From: Candidatus Nomurabacteria bacterium | GTDB lineage: Bacteria > Patescibacteriota > Minisyncoccia > Phycocordibacterales > UBA918 | Length of the DNA stretch: 64,000 nt | Direction: 5' to 3' | Assembly: GCA_023898525.1 (NCBI GenBank) | Contig: CP060227.1 | Span: 301,634 to 365,633, forward strand | Part shown: piece after piece, positions 36,629-46,654 of the stretch | How positions within the stretch are numbered: the first letter of the stretch is position 1 | Layout: each line of letters begins with the position of its first letter | Translations under genes and position numbers: made by a program | The notes under the pieces: model-generated | What the model saw: the letters and a program-made list of their open reading frames with translations, nothing else | Told to the model about the DNA's origin: nothing | Databases searched by the model: none

Positions 36629-37774
36629 CTAGTTTTTGATGCTATCAATTGTGGTTAGGGCTTCAAATATAAATTTGCCATTTTTCACAAAAATCTGTTC
36701 CCCGTAAATCAGCATTTGTAGATTTTCTCCTGGATATAAAAGCTGAACATTTTGCCACGATCGATCATCAGCCTCAACGACATAAATACCATCATCAAGA
36801 TGCATCAACACTAAATCAAGATTACCTGGAAGAAAATTAAAGTCATGCACTATTTGCCACTTTCTATCAATCCTAATATCTGTTCTACAGGAAGATTCAG
36901 CAATTGGTTCTACTCTGTTTATTATGCCAATCTCTTCTTCTGGATCAACTGTTATTTCTGCCTCCACCGCCGCCGAAGAAGTCGACACGACAGGATCAGA
37001 ACAGAAATAGTAAGGAACCTGTTTTCCTGTTCCTAGAGCATGAACAAAAACATCATCTCCATCCTTGTATAGCTGCAAATGATCTCTGGTAACTGTGGTA
37101 GTTGCCACCTCACCATCTACTATTACCGGAGTTGCTGTGGCAAACCCAAACTTGGTGGCTTGAACCTTTTCCCAAGCAGCTAACGCCGCGGTGGTAGATG
37201 CTTTTTCTACAAATATTTCATCAAGCAGTGCGTATTCAGGGTTTAAATCATAACTACTTGTAGCTGACGAGGTTGCAAATATAACTGGCAGCGTACTTGA
37301 AGAATCGCTAAACAGATCAGTTGGTGCTGTCTTTACGAAATAAATTGCTTCACCAGTTTTGTCAGTATATTCAGTTACCGGTCTAACCTGTGGTATTACT
37401 GGTAAATTAAAACTCTCTGCCTCAGTCACAATTTGTGGACTGACTAACAGATTTTTAACCCAGGTATGTAACCCAGGAGCTTGCACATGTACCCTGTGTA
37501 CCCCAGGCTGTATTCCTTGTAAGTACGAGGCTTTGCGAAAAATCCTGACATTGGCCACCTCCACCTCATCAATATAAATCTGACTATCTGATGCTTCAGA
37601 AGCAATATACAAACCACCTGTAGCAGTCACTGTTGGGGTTTCAGAGAAAAAATCATACCGGTACCCAGCTGAATAAAAAATGAATATCGGTAAGCTAATC
37701 AGAAAAACTAACGTCAAGGTAATAAAGACGAAATTTCGATGTCTGTATGAAAGTGGTTTTACAACTGGTTGCAT
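36629..37774 (-). CDS. N-terminally anchored extracytoplasmic protein, possible partner of the adjacent glycosyltransferase
   Basis: A single N-terminal TM (FVFITLTLVFLISLPIFIFY), then a 350-aa Thr/Ser/Val-rich soluble domain. It is translationally coupled (10-bp gap) to the GT2 gene. Confidence 0.45.
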   Translation of the reverse strand: MQPVVKPLSYRHRNFVFITLTLVFLISLPIFIFYSAGYRYDFFSETPTVTATGGLYIASEASDSQIYIDEVEVANVRIFRKASYLQGIQPGVHRVHVQAPGLHTWVKNLLVSPQIVTEAESFNLPVIPQVRPVTEYTDKTGEAIYFVKTAPTDLFSDSSSTLPVIFATSSATSSYDLNPEYALLDEIFVEKASTTAALAAWEKVQATKFGFATATPVIVDGEVATTTVTRDHLQLYKDGDDVFVHALGTGKQVPYYFCSDPVVSTSSAAVEAEITVDPEEEIGIINRVEPIAESSCRTDIRIDRKWQIVHDFNFLPGNLDLVLMHLDDGIYVVEADDRSWQNVQLLYPGENLQMLIYGEQIFVKNGKFIFEALTTIDSIKN

Positions 37775-37783
37775 ATATTTATT

Positions 37784-39400
37784 CTAGATTTTTACCTTGG
37801 GCGTAGACCAAAAGCCCATATAACGACCGAACATTAACCTAGTTTGCGCATCTAGTCCAGGAATAGCACTAAAGATAATCATCGTAGCCGGGACCATGAT
37901 CCACTGCACAGCCATAACGAAATACTGGAATCGACTGGTGTGATTAGGGCGGGCCGGTAAAAGTGAGAGAGATATCATTGATGACACAATGAGTCCAAAC
38001 ATAGCGATAATCAAGAGGTCTCGAACGATTAAAGGCAGATTGAAAGACAGTACTGTCTGGTGAAAATTCTGCCCACCTAAATATAGAGGTGCCCAGCCTA
38101 AAATAAAAAGCATGATCGGGTTAGTAACCAAAGACCAATAACCCTCAGCTTGTTGAAAAGCGATAGTCAGCTTTTTCTTAAGCGTAATACTTTTATTCTT
38201 CTTAAAATGATAAAGAATGTAACATAGATTTTCAACACCATACGTCCAACGACGGTGCTGCTTATAAATCTGAACAATCGTCTTCCAAAAAGTTGGTGCA
38301 GCATTGGCATCCATCGATACTGGATATGATAATGGTATAACGTCGTACTCACCATTGTTTGCCATAAGTAAGTTCCAATAAATACGGGAGTCTTCACTTA
38401 CCATGTTTTTCTGCCAGTACCCTACTTCGTACAATGCTTGAAATGAAACTGAATGGGATGAAAAAGTTGCCATACGCTCCGGTCTCTCTTGCTGAACCAT
38501 TTCCCAAAATGTACTACTCATTGCCACCACCCGGGAAATAGCGGGCGCTTCCCAAATATTATTATTAAAGATAGGTACCGGCTGAAATGAGCTCTTAAGA
38601 GGGCGAGCCGCCTTCATGAAGTGCCAAACTAAGCAATTGAAATAATCGGGATACAACACTGTATCAATATCAAAAATCGACACCAAAGTTTCACTATACT
38701 TTAATCCCATTGGATCTAGGACCTTGGTACGCACCTCCTCAATAGCGTAAGAAGAATTAGAACCTTTCCCGGCCATTTCACCAGGCAAATCAGCTGGATG
38801 AATAGTGGTTAGAAAAACCCCAAATTTATCTGAAAACTTTTGTTTCATTAGTTCACAGGTTTGATTAGTTGATTCTCCAGCCCTAGCCTCTCCTGCTAAG
38901 ACCACAATGATTTTTTTATGATCATACTTAACCTTGGCTAAAGCACTTAGGCTCGCTTCCACTACCTCTGCTGATTCCTTATAAAAAGGCAAGATTACCA
39001 CATGGTGGAGATGCCCATAATCAAACTTTGAAATTAAAACACTCCAATCAAGCGTCAGATGATGCCGTAGACGCTTCCAATTGTGGCGTAAGTGATAAGA
39101 CAAAAAAGCTGTCTTTAGAACCCAGTACAAGGCAAAAGCAATAACAAAGTAAGAAGCAATAAATGGAGTATAGATGGACAACAAAACTACTCCAATCAAG
39201 GTTCCCCAAGAAGCAACACCAGGCAATATCTCCAAGAATCGGTAGAAGACTTTATCTTTACCAGTTAGTTCAGTTGCCCGACCGACGTGAAAATCAGCCT
39301 GTTTAGCGTATGAAAGTAAATGCTCTTTGCTATCGCCCTGCATAGTTAATGTTCCTGAGTATACAACCAAAAAAGGTATAAATAAAGGGTTTTTAATCAC
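37784..39400 (-). CDS. Membrane-embedded processive family-2 glycosyltransferase (cellulose/chitin/hyaluronan-synthase-like)
   Basis: Multiple TM helices flank a cytoplasmic GT-A domain with DxD (FDIDT) and ED motifs, and a Q(H)RRW = QxxRW motif typical of processive beta-glycan synthases. Confidence 0.72.
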   Translation of the reverse strand: MIKNPLFIPFLVVYSGTLTMQGDSKEHLLSYAKQADFHVGRATELTGKDKVFYRFLEILPGVASWGTLIGVVLLSIYTPFIASYFVIAFALYWVLKTAFLSYHLRHNWKRLRHHLTLDWSVLISKFDYGHLHHVVILPFYKESAEVVEASLSALAKVKYDHKKIIVVLAGEARAGESTNQTCELMKQKFSDKFGVFLTTIHPADLPGEMAGKGSNSSYAIEEVRTKVLDPMGLKYSETLVSIFDIDTVLYPDYFNCLVWHFMKAARPLKSSFQPVPIFNNNIWEAPAISRVVAMSSTFWEMVQQERPERMATFSSHSVSFQALYEVGYWQKNMVSEDSRIYWNLLMANNGEYDVIPLSYPVSMDANAAPTFWKTIVQIYKQHRRWTYGVENLCYILYHFKKNKSITLKKKLTIAFQQAEGYWSLVTNPIMLFILGWAPLYLGGQNFHQTVLSFNLPLIVRDLLIIAMFGLIVSSMISLSLLPARPNHTSRFQYFVMAVQWIMVPATMIIFSAIPGLDAQTRLMFGRYMGFWSTPKVKI

Positions 39401-39453
39401 GGCCTAATGCTGATCAGGCCGCCTTGCGAAATATAGAGTTCTGTATAATTCTG

Positions 39454-39527
39454 AGCCACCTCTCGGATTCGAACCGAGGACCTACGGTTTACAAAACCGT
39501 TGCTCTAACCAGCTGAGCTAAGGTGGC
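39454..39527 (-). tRNA. tRNA-Thr (anticodon UGU)
   Basis: The reverse complement GCCACCTTAGCTCAGCTGGTTAGAGCAACGGTTTTGTAAACCGTAGGTCCTCGGTTCGAATCCGAGAGGTGGCT folds as a cloverleaf. The acceptor is GCCACCT/AGGTGGC, the D-stem GCTC/GAGC, the anticodon stem ACGGT/ACCGT with loop TTTGTAA, and the T-arm CTCGG-TTCGAAT-CCGAG. CCA is not encoded. Confidence 0.85.
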
Positions 39528-39792
39528 GTTTTTTGCCTTATTTAATTATTGCACATCTTACTTTTACTAGCCGGTTTTGTAAACATTTACAAAACCTTAG
39601 CGGACCGCATATTCATTTTCTCCCTTGGGGGTCGAAAATTTCATTGCGTCTGCTTAAGGAAAATATAGTCGTAGCAAGCTACTCCTTATTTCTCCTTATC
39701 TAACCAGCTGGGCTAAGGTGGCGGTATTGTTCACACGAACTTTTTGTGTGACTGATATCTTAAGCTGTTTTTCTAAAAAGCGCAACCTTGAT

Positions 39793-40230
39793 TTACCGAC
39801 CTTCCAATTTCTTGTTTAGTAACTTCTTTTTTTCACTCGCGCTAAGCGCAGTATTGGCCTTATGGTCAACCATTTGATGTAAATGATTATCTTTCTCCAT
39901 TAACTTCTTTTCTTTTTTTATCACTTTGGCTCGGTTGTGATTTTGTAGAAATATTTTTTCTAAGCCATCATAGCTCTTTACCAACAAAGTCAAAATAAAA
40001 CGAAGAAACCGGTGAATACTATAGTACCAGGACAACTTAATTATATGCCTTCCAAGATACCTAAACCAAAAGCTGAGCTTATTATAAATTTTTACTATGA
40101 CCGCATCAATCCAACCTCTCAAAGAGGAAAACAGGAGACGCCTACCGCGTCGATTTTCGATTGTGACAAATATAGCGTAAAAGACGAAGACACAAATGCT
40201 GATTAAAAACAATGGGGCGGCACTAACCAT
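39793..40230 (-). CDS. Hypothetical N-terminally anchored basic protein downstream of tsf
   Basis: 145 aa with an N-terminal TM and a Lys-rich C-terminus. It occupies the position usually taken by pyrH/frr after tsf. Confidence 0.4.
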   Translation of the reverse strand: MVSAAPLFLISICVFVFYAIFVTIENRRGRRLLFSSLRGWIDAVIVKIYNKLSFWFRYLGRHIIKLSWYYSIHRFLRFILTLLVKSYDGLEKIFLQNHNRAKVIKKEKKLMEKDNHLHQMVDHKANTALSASEKKKLLNKKLEGR

Positions 40231-40232
40231 GT

Positions 40233-40817
40233 TTATTTAACAGATAGACGGGATATTTTCACTACTGAGATATTTTCACCAAATTTCTGAACTGCTCCGG
40301 TAATCATTTCACCAATTGTATGATCTGGATTCTTTACAAAACTTTGTTCTAAGAGAATCTGTTCTTTGAAGTAAGATGACAATTTACCTTCCAGAATTTT
40401 TTCCTGCATTTCTGCCGGTTTATCTTCAACTTCTCCCTTAAATACTTCTTTAGCTTTTTCAATTACTTCAGCTGGTACGTCCTCACGAGAAACATAAGTC
40501 GGATTAGTAGCCGCTACTTGCATGGCAACGTCACGAGCCAAGGCAACAAATTCGTCATTCTTAGATACAAAGTCTGTTTCGCAAGCTAGTAAAACCAAGG
40601 CGGCTACTTCATTTGTATTGTGTAGATAAGAACCGATAGCACCAGCCCCTAATTCACGATCTGATTTCTTTTCAGCCGCTTCACTTCTCTTCTTTCTTAG
40701 GATAATAACCGCCTTATCCATATCACCACCAGCTTCTTCCAAAGCCTTTTTACATTGCATTACTGAAATGCCAGTTTTATCTCGTAATTCTTTTAATTGC
40801 GCTGAAGTAATTTCCAT
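40233..40817 (-). CDS. tsf: Elongation factor Ts (short form, 194 aa)
   Basis: The N-terminal UBA-like domain LKELRDKTGISVMQCKKALEEAGGDMDKAV and the dimerisation core are present. Confidence 0.9.
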   Translation of the reverse strand: MEITSAQLKELRDKTGISVMQCKKALEEAGGDMDKAVIILRKKRSEAAEKKSDRELGAGAIGSYLHNTNEVAALVLLACETDFVSKNDEFVALARDVAMQVAATNPTYVSREDVPAEVIEKAKEVFKGEVEDKPAEMQEKILEGKLSSYFKEQILLEQSFVKNPDHTIGEMITGAVQKFGENISVVKISRLSVK

Positions 40818-40871
40818 AGTTAAAAATTATTTTAGTAAAGAACACCAAATATTATACTTTGGTTTTAACCA

Positions 40872-41636
40872 CTAAGCTCGTGGGGAACGAGTTCTATTAA
40901 TAGTTACTCGGGATGGAGTTGTTTTTGGTGTATAAGCCGATTTACCCTCATGTAAAGCTGACACCAACTCATCGAGCACCACTGCTACACTTTGCTGTAA
41001 AGCATCATTGACCAACACTGGGTAATTAACCTCAGCAATATTACAATCTGAACTCATGATTCCAATAACTGGCACCTTCATATCAATCGCCTCTTTAACT
41101 GCAATATGGTCATGTCTTGGATCGACTACTACCATAAGATCGGGAGTCTTTGGCATAGTACTGATTCCTTGAAAATTGAAATTCAATTTTGTCATTTCAC
41201 GACCAAGAACCAGACGTTCTTTTTTTGTATACTTACGCTCTAGTTCACCTGATTCAGTTTCCCGATTTAGTTGCTCAAGGCGGTTAACTCGTTTCTTGGT
41301 TTCTGAAGCATTAGTTAACATACCTCCAATCCAGCGATTTACTACGTAAGGCATCTCCACTTTTAGGGCAGCTGCCTTAACTTGTTTTACCGCTTCATCC
41401 TTGGTTCCGACAAATAAAACCGTTTTACCGTTTAACCCAGCTTCTTTTATAATTTCTTTAGCTTGATTTATAAGGCCCGCTGTCTTCTCAAGGTCAAAGA
41501 TATCATTACCGTCTTTTGTACCATATAAGTATGGTGCACTAGTCGGATGACGACGACTTTTTTTAAAACCAAAATGAGCACCCGCCTTAAACAAGCGGTC
41601 AATGAGTGATGAATTATTGTTTGTTTGTGTTGACAT
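40872..41636 (-). CDS. rpsB: 30S ribosomal protein uS2
   Basis: LFKAGAHFGFKKSRRHP...VLFVGTKDEAV... Starting at MSTQTNN (41636) avoids overlap with prfA; the track start 41711 is probably too early. Confidence 0.88.
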   Translation of the reverse strand: MSTQTNNNSSLIDRLFKAGAHFGFKKSRRHPTSAPYLYGTKDGNDIFDLEKTAGLINQAKEIIKEAGLNGKTVLFVGTKDEAVKQVKAAALKVEMPYVVNRWIGGMLTNASETKKRVNRLEQLNRETESGELERKYTKKERLVLGREMTKLNFNFQGISTMPKTPDLMVVVDPRHDHIAVKEAIDMKVPVIGIMSSDCNIAEVNYPVLVNDALQQSVAVVLDELVSALHEGKSAYTPKTTPSRVTINRTRSPRA

Positions 41637-41703
41637 AAAAAATTCTAAAGCAAAAAAGCGCAACGCGCTTAAAGCAAAGCAGATGTTAGCACATCTACCC
41701 AGC

Positions 41704-42684
41704 CTATGCAACTACTTCTCCGCCTGTAGCCACCTCACTAAGAGCATCAAAAATAGTATCTAGCTGCCCTTTCATGACTTCTTCAATATTGTGCCAAGAC
41801 ACCTTTATTCGATGGTCAGTAATGCGGTTTTGTGGAAAATTATAGGTCCTAATCTTTTCTGAACGATCACCAGTCCCGATTTGATTCTTCCTTTCTGAAG
41901 CATGCTTTTTAGCTTCCTCCTCCTCGTGAGCCGCCTCTAATTTAGCCACCAAAATACTCATAGCCTTTTCGCGATTCTTCAGCTGTGACCGCTCGCTCTG
42001 ACTACGTACCTCAATACCAGTAGGAGTATGGACAAGTCTTACAGCTGTTTCTACTTTATTGACATTTTGTCCACCAGCTCCCCCCGAGCGCGAAAATTCC
42101 ATCACTATATCACTCTGATTAATTTCGATAGTTGGTTTTTTTCGTAGTGGTAAAATAGCCACCGAAGCAGTCGAGGTGTGGATTCTGCCAGATTTTTCAG
42201 TAACTGGAATACGTTGTACTCTATGAACACCGGTTTCGTAGCGAAGCTTCTCATAAGCCTGCGAATGAATTATCTCAAAAGCTGCTTCTTTATAGCCACC
42301 AGCTGAAGATCTAGATTCGTGCTCAACTGATGTAAACCAACCATTCATAGCCGCATACTGTAAATACATTTGAGCTAATTCTTCAGCAAACAAAGCCGCT
42401 TCGTCTCCACCGGCTCCGGCCCTAACTTCTAACACAACACCGTATGGACGTTCTTCTTCTTCCTTTGACTCAGCCACTATGCGCTGCATTTCTTCATAAA
42501 GCGACACCTTTTGAGTCTCAATAGAATCAATATCTTCTCTAGCCAGTTCTGCCATATCTGGATCATCACCGATAAGCTCTTCTGCTTCTTTTTGTTTCTG
42601 AGCAAGTTCATCAAATTGCCCAGCCATAAACTGAGTTTTTTGATTGTCACGAAATGACTGCAATTCTTCTTCACTGATTTCCAT
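41704..42684 (-). CDS. prfA: Peptide chain release factor 1
   Basis: A GGQ motif ([18 protein letters not shown]) and a PVT tripeptide ([14 protein letters not shown]), which is the RF1-type PxT codon-recognition motif rather than the SPF of RF2. Confidence 0.82.
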   Translation of the reverse strand: MEISEEELQSFRDNQKTQFMAGQFDELAQKQKEAEELIGDDPDMAELAREDIDSIETQKVSLYEEMQRIVAESKEEEERPYGVVLEVRAGAGGDEAALFAEELAQMYLQYAAMNGWFTSVEHESRSSAGGYKEAAFEIIHSQAYEKLRYETGVHRVQRIPVTEKSGRIHTSTASVAILPLRKKPTIEINQSDIVMEFSRSGGAGGQNVNKVETAVRLVHTPTGIEVRSQSERSQLKNREKAMSILVAKLEAAHEEEEAKKHASERKNQIGTGDRSEKIRTYNFPQNRITDHRIKVSWHNIEEVMKGQLDTIFDALSEVATGGEVVA

Positions 42685-42749
42685 AAATATAGTTTACCGT
42701 AAACAACAAAAAACCGCTTCTTTTTTAAAATTAAAAAGCGGTTTCTGTG

Positions 42750-43019
42750 TTATTTTTTCTTCTTGCGATTAGTCGCCTGAGAAGCTCTGTTCTTGAACCG
42801 CTCTACCCTACCAGCGGTGTCCATAACCTTTTCTTGTCCGGTGTAAAAAGGATGGGAAGCGCTAGATACATCTACATGTGCCAATGGATACTCATTTCCA
42901 TCAGTCCACTTATCAGTAGCTGCTGTCTTAATAGTAGATCCGATTAAAAAACGCTCACCGCTTGAGTTATCGTGAAATATAACTAACCTATAATTGTCTG
43001 GATGAATATCTGCTTTCAT
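42750..43019 (-). CDS. rpmE: 50S ribosomal protein bL31 (type B, no Zn-ribbon cysteines)
   Basis: [10 protein letters not shown]...[23 protein letters not shown]. Confidence 0.85.
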   Translation of the reverse strand: MKADIHPDNYRLVIFHDNSSGERFLIGSTIKTAATDKWTDGNEYPLAHVDVSSASHPFYTGQEKVMDTAGRVERFKNRASQATNRKKKK

Positions 43020-43121
43020 ATGTAGGGCACACTATAGCAAATATCTGCCATTTAGCAACCCACAGACTTAAAAGATGTCTAAAATAGAACATTTAGATTG
43101 AATTAGACAGTTTCTAATATT

Positions 43122-44489
43122 TTAACCCCCTCCCAGTACTGCTATATCACCCTGAATTCTGGCCTTGCGATTCATCACCTGGTCACCATAAAAAGCGTTG
43201 GCTGGATTGCTAGCTCCGCCCCAACCGGCATAATACCTAAGAGCCGCCATACGATCACCACTAGCTGTACCATTAGCACCGTTATCACGGAGGAGTAGAG
43301 CTGTCGCCAAGAAAGCATCTCGATTACTAAATGGGTTAGCCGGTCCCGTACCACCATTTATCATTCTGATCGCATCAGATCCTTGATCATAAATCCAGCC
43401 AGTGCCGATATTTATGATACCACCATAAATAGCCCAGGTTGATGGTATAAATTGTGATGGACCCATAGCCCCACCCCAACCATAACGCTCACCGTTACTG
43501 GTAATTGGACATGACACCTGTCGACTACGTGGATCAAAGCCATGAATTTTGGCAATGGCTTCAAAGATTGGCGCATCACGATCCGGATGCATCACTGTCT
43601 TACCACCTCGTAAATCATTATAAATACAACTACCTAGATGTGAACCGAGATTAGTCTCCTGCTCAAGAATAGCCAACACAAGAGAAGCCGGTACGCCAGT
43701 TTTATTTTCTGCATACTTAGCCAGCTCTACCGCTTCCGGGAATGGTATACCACCTCCACCACCAAGCAAGTCAAACAACTGACTTCTAAGCTGCGCCGCG
43801 GTTTTTTGTTGTGACTCCAAAAGTTCTTGGTAAGCCCTTTCCTGTCCTTTGGTAGTTGTTAATATTCTGGATTTTTCCTTTTCTTTCTTTTCAATCTCCT
43901 GCTTCTCTAGCTCTTGAATTCGTTTCATTTCTGCTTCAGTTTCCTGTTTTGATTCAAGCTGGTTCTTTTGAGCAAAAGTATCTTCTTTAATACCCCTCAA
44001 AATAGATAAAGATTCGTTTAGTGATTCCTTTATTGATTGGTAGCTAGCCACATCTTCAAAAAAATCTGAAAATGTCCGCTTGCTCAAAATAACTTCAACC
44101 AAAGTAAAATCCTCGATATTAGCTGAACGGCGCACCAAGTCAGCGAGTGACTCCTTTTGCTTTCTTTGTTTCTCTTCTAGGATACCTAACATAACTTCTT
44201 TCTCATCAATCTGTAGCGACAGCTGGGTAATATTAACTGAACGAGCCTGTATTCCTAATTGGGCTTTTTTTATTTGACCGTCAATTATGGCCATATCACG
44301 CTCAAGCGACTGTCTTTCCATTTGTTTATCCTCCACTAAACGTTGCTGCGTCAAAATCTGTCTTTCTACGTTTTGTAGCTCAGCCTCTAGACGAGCCTTA
44401 CGTTCAGCATCAGTTTCAGCATTTAGCACCGACAAACTAGGCATTGCTACCATAATAGTAATCACACCAATCGCCAAAATTTTCTTCAT
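43122..44489 (-). CDS. Secreted coiled-coil protein with a C-terminal MltB-like lytic transglycosylase domain
   Basis: Signal peptide MKKILAIGVITIMVAMPSLSVLNA, a ~250-aa coiled coil, then GWGGAMGPSQFIPSTW...DAIRM, which matches the GAMGxxQFMPST motif of family-3 lytic murein transglycosylases. Confidence 0.62.
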   Translation of the reverse strand: MKKILAIGVITIMVAMPSLSVLNAETDAERKARLEAELQNVERQILTQQRLVEDKQMERQSLERDMAIIDGQIKKAQLGIQARSVNITQLSLQIDEKEVMLGILEEKQRKQKESLADLVRRSANIEDFTLVEVILSKRTFSDFFEDVASYQSIKESLNESLSILRGIKEDTFAQKNQLESKQETEAEMKRIQELEKQEIEKKEKEKSRILTTTKGQERAYQELLESQQKTAAQLRSQLFDLLGGGGGIPFPEAVELAKYAENKTGVPASLVLAILEQETNLGSHLGSCIYNDLRGGKTVMHPDRDAPIFEAIAKIHGFDPRSRQVSCPITSNGERYGWGGAMGPSQFIPSTWAIYGGIINIGTGWIYDQGSDAIRMINGGTGPANPFSNRDAFLATALLLRDNGANGTASGDRMAALRYYAGWGGASNPANAFYGDQVMNRKARIQGDIAVLGGG

Positions 44490-44586
44490 GTGACTTATTG
44501 TATCAAACTTAAGTCGGCAAATCATCCAACCCGCTACCAACAGCCTTTATCGGCAAGACATTAAGCAATGTTACAATAAGTTCTAT

Positions 44587-45591
44587 ATGAATGAACAATA
44601 TGATTTTGTAGCCGTAGGTGACATCGTCATCGATGCTTTTATAGAACTTAATAAAGATGCTGCTGATGTTAGCCAAGACATGGATACTGGTCGAATGACT
44701 CTCCATATGCCGTTTGGTAGTAAATTACCTTACGATAATGTAGAAGTGGTAAACGCCGTAGGAAATTCTCCAAACGCAGCTGTGTCTGCTCACCGTTTAG
44801 GTTTGCGTTCAGCCTTAGTTACCAACCTAGGACAAGATCGGAATGGAAAGGATTGTTTAAACGCACTGCGTACCGAAGGAGTACATACTGATTATGTAAA
44901 GTTACACGAGGGTAAAGAAACTAATTATCACTACGTACTTCGTTATGGTCCAGAACGAACAATTTTAATTAAGCATGAAGTTTTTCCTTACTCCCTTCCT
45001 GATTTTGCCACTCCGCCTCGCTATTTGTATTTTTCATCGGTTGGTGAACATGGTGTTCCGTTTCATCACGAAATTGCTGCCTATATAAAAGAACATGACA
45101 CTAAACTGGTTTTCCAACCTGGTACATTTCAGCTTAAATTAGGTTTTGATGAGCTTAAAGATTTGTACGAAGTTACCAACATATTTTTCTGCAACAAAGA
45201 GGAGGCGCAAGAGCTACTTAAAACCGATGAGGGTAACATTCCTACTTTGATTAGAAAACTAAAGGATGTGGGCCTAGTCTTGCCAGTTATCACTGACGGA
45301 CCACATGGTGCTTACGTCGTAGACGAAGATGATCAAGCTTGGCATATGCCGATGTATCCTGATCCCAAACCACCAGTAGACCGCACTGGTGCCGGTGATT
45401 CATTTGCTTCAACTTTCACCGCTGCGATTGCTCTTGGTAAAACTCCCGCCGAAGCCCTAACCTGGGGACCAATTAATTCTATGTCGGTTGTACAATATAT
45501 TGGCGCTCAAAAAGGACTATTAACCAGAGACCAATTACTTGAATATATTGCTAACAAACCAGAGGATTATGAGGCGAAGCGGGTTGATTAG
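44587..45591 (+). CDS. PfkB-family carbohydrate/nucleoside kinase (ribokinase-like)
   Basis: N-terminal FVAVGDIVID and the C-terminal anion-hole motif DRTGAGDSFASTFTAA (the DTxGAGD signature). Confidence 0.78.
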   Translation: MNEQYDFVAVGDIVIDAFIELNKDAADVSQDMDTGRMTLHMPFGSKLPYDNVEVVNAVGNSPNAAVSAHRLGLRSALVTNLGQDRNGKDCLNALRTEGVHTDYVKLHEGKETNYHYVLRYGPERTILIKHEVFPYSLPDFATPPRYLYFSSVGEHGVPFHHEIAAYIKEHDTKLVFQPGTFQLKLGFDELKDLYEVTNIFFCNKEEAQELLKTDEGNIPTLIRKLKDVGLVLPVITDGPHGAYVVDEDDQAWHMPMYPDPKPPVDRTGAGDSFASTFTAAIALGKTPAEALTWGPINSMSVVQYIGAQKGLLTRDQLLEYIANKPEDYEAKRVD

Positions 45592-45600
45592 GTGTACTTG

Positions 45601-45662
45601 TGCTACATAAATTTAAAAGGCTCGGCACCTAAAGGTGCCGAGCCTTTTAAATTTATGTAGCA
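45601..45662. terminator. 29-bp perfect-stem palindrome, a bidirectional terminator between the convergent pfkB-like gene and tkt
   Basis: tgctacataaatttaaaaggctcggcacc taaa ggtgccgagccttttaaatttatgtagca. Confidence 0.65.
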
Positions 45663-45663
45663 A

Positions 45664-46647
45664 CTAAACAGCCTCTTCCCCTTTTTTGACAATAGCCTCC
45701 ACGTCCATTCCGTAATGTGAAATTAATTCTTCCGGTTCACCAGACTGTCCAAATTGGTCATCCACCCCAATCCGTATCACCTTACGCGGAAACACTTCAC
45801 TCAAATACTCTGTAACCGCACCCCCCAGTCCACCAGACCGTTGGTGTTCTTCTACTGTTAGAATAGCATCGTGGTTCTTGGCTAATTCTAGAACAGCTTC
45901 TTTGTCTAAAGGCTTTATGGTAGGAACATGAAGAACCGATACTCCAATTCCTTCCGCTTCTAAAAGTTGAGCGGCCTTGAGAGCATTAAAGAGAAGTGTT
46001 CCGGTAACCGCTATACCTAAGGTTTTTTCAGCTGATTCGTTTTTTTGATAGAAGATCTCTGCTTTACCAATCTCAAAGGGTGACTCCATGGTTGTTACTA
46101 CTGGTGTGTTACTACGACCAACTCGAATGTAAACCGGGCCGTCATATTTAGCTGCAGCCAAAACAGCTTTACGAGCTTCATGAACGTCGGCCGGAGCAAT
46201 GACAACCATATTTGGAACCACTCGCATTAAAGCAATATCCTCAATCGCCTGATGTGTAGCACCATCCGGCCCCACCGACACCCCGGCGTGAGCGCCAATT
46301 ATTTTTACATTGCTTTCGTTATAAGCGATAGTGGTTCTAATTTGTTCCCAATTACGACCAGGTGAAAACATAGCGTAAGAGGCAATGAAAGGTACCTTAC
46401 CCATCGCCGCCATCCCCGACGCCACTGAAGCCATGTTTTGTTCCGTGATACCCATCTGTACAAAGCGGTTAGAAAAAGCCTCAGCAAACTGCAAAGTTCT
46501 AGTTGATTCAGTTAAGTCGGCCGCTAAAGCCACAATGTTTTCATCGCGTTTTCCAGCCTCTAAAAGCCCCTCACCATAACCATTGCGACTAGGCAAGCTG
46601 AGCATGTCTTTAGTATCAAAATTTTTATCTACATGTGAAGCTAACAT
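45664..46647 (-). CDS. tkt: Transketolase, C-terminal subunit (Pyr-binding and C-terminal domains) of a split transketolase
   Basis: FGIAEQNMASVASGMA..., HAGVSVGPDGATHQAIEDIALMRVVPNM. Confidence 0.88.
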   Translation of the reverse strand: MLASHVDKNFDTKDMLSLPSRNGYGEGLLEAGKRDENIVALAADLTESTRTLQFAEAFSNRFVQMGITEQNMASVASGMAAMGKVPFIASYAMFSPGRNWEQIRTTIAYNESNVKIIGAHAGVSVGPDGATHQAIEDIALMRVVPNMVVIAPADVHEARKAVLAAAKYDGPVYIRVGRSNTPVVTTMESPFEIGKAEIFYQKNESAEKTLGIAVTGTLLFNALKAAQLLEAEGIGVSVLHVPTIKPLDKEAVLELAKNHDAILTVEEHQRSGGLGGAVTEYLSEVFPRKVIRIGVDDQFGQSGEPEELISHYGMDVEAIVKKGEEAV

Positions 46648-46654
46648 AATCTAT

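Noticed and set aside
39530-39720. A second complete tRNA, or an intron-containing tRNA, upstream of tRNA-Thr
   Set aside because: Only the first ~24 nt of a tRNA are present. The D-stem partner, the T-arm and the 3' acceptor strand are missing, and the downstream pieces are out of order for a group I intron-interrupted tRNA.
41637-41711. Extended rpsB start at 41711 overlapping the prfA 3' end
   Set aside because: The first 25 residues ([25 protein letters not shown]) are non-conserved, and the conserved uS2 N-terminus begins at MSTQTNN (41636), which also removes the overlap.
42747-42947. 66-aa plus-strand ORF
   Set aside because: It is antisense to the conserved bL31 gene (rpmE).
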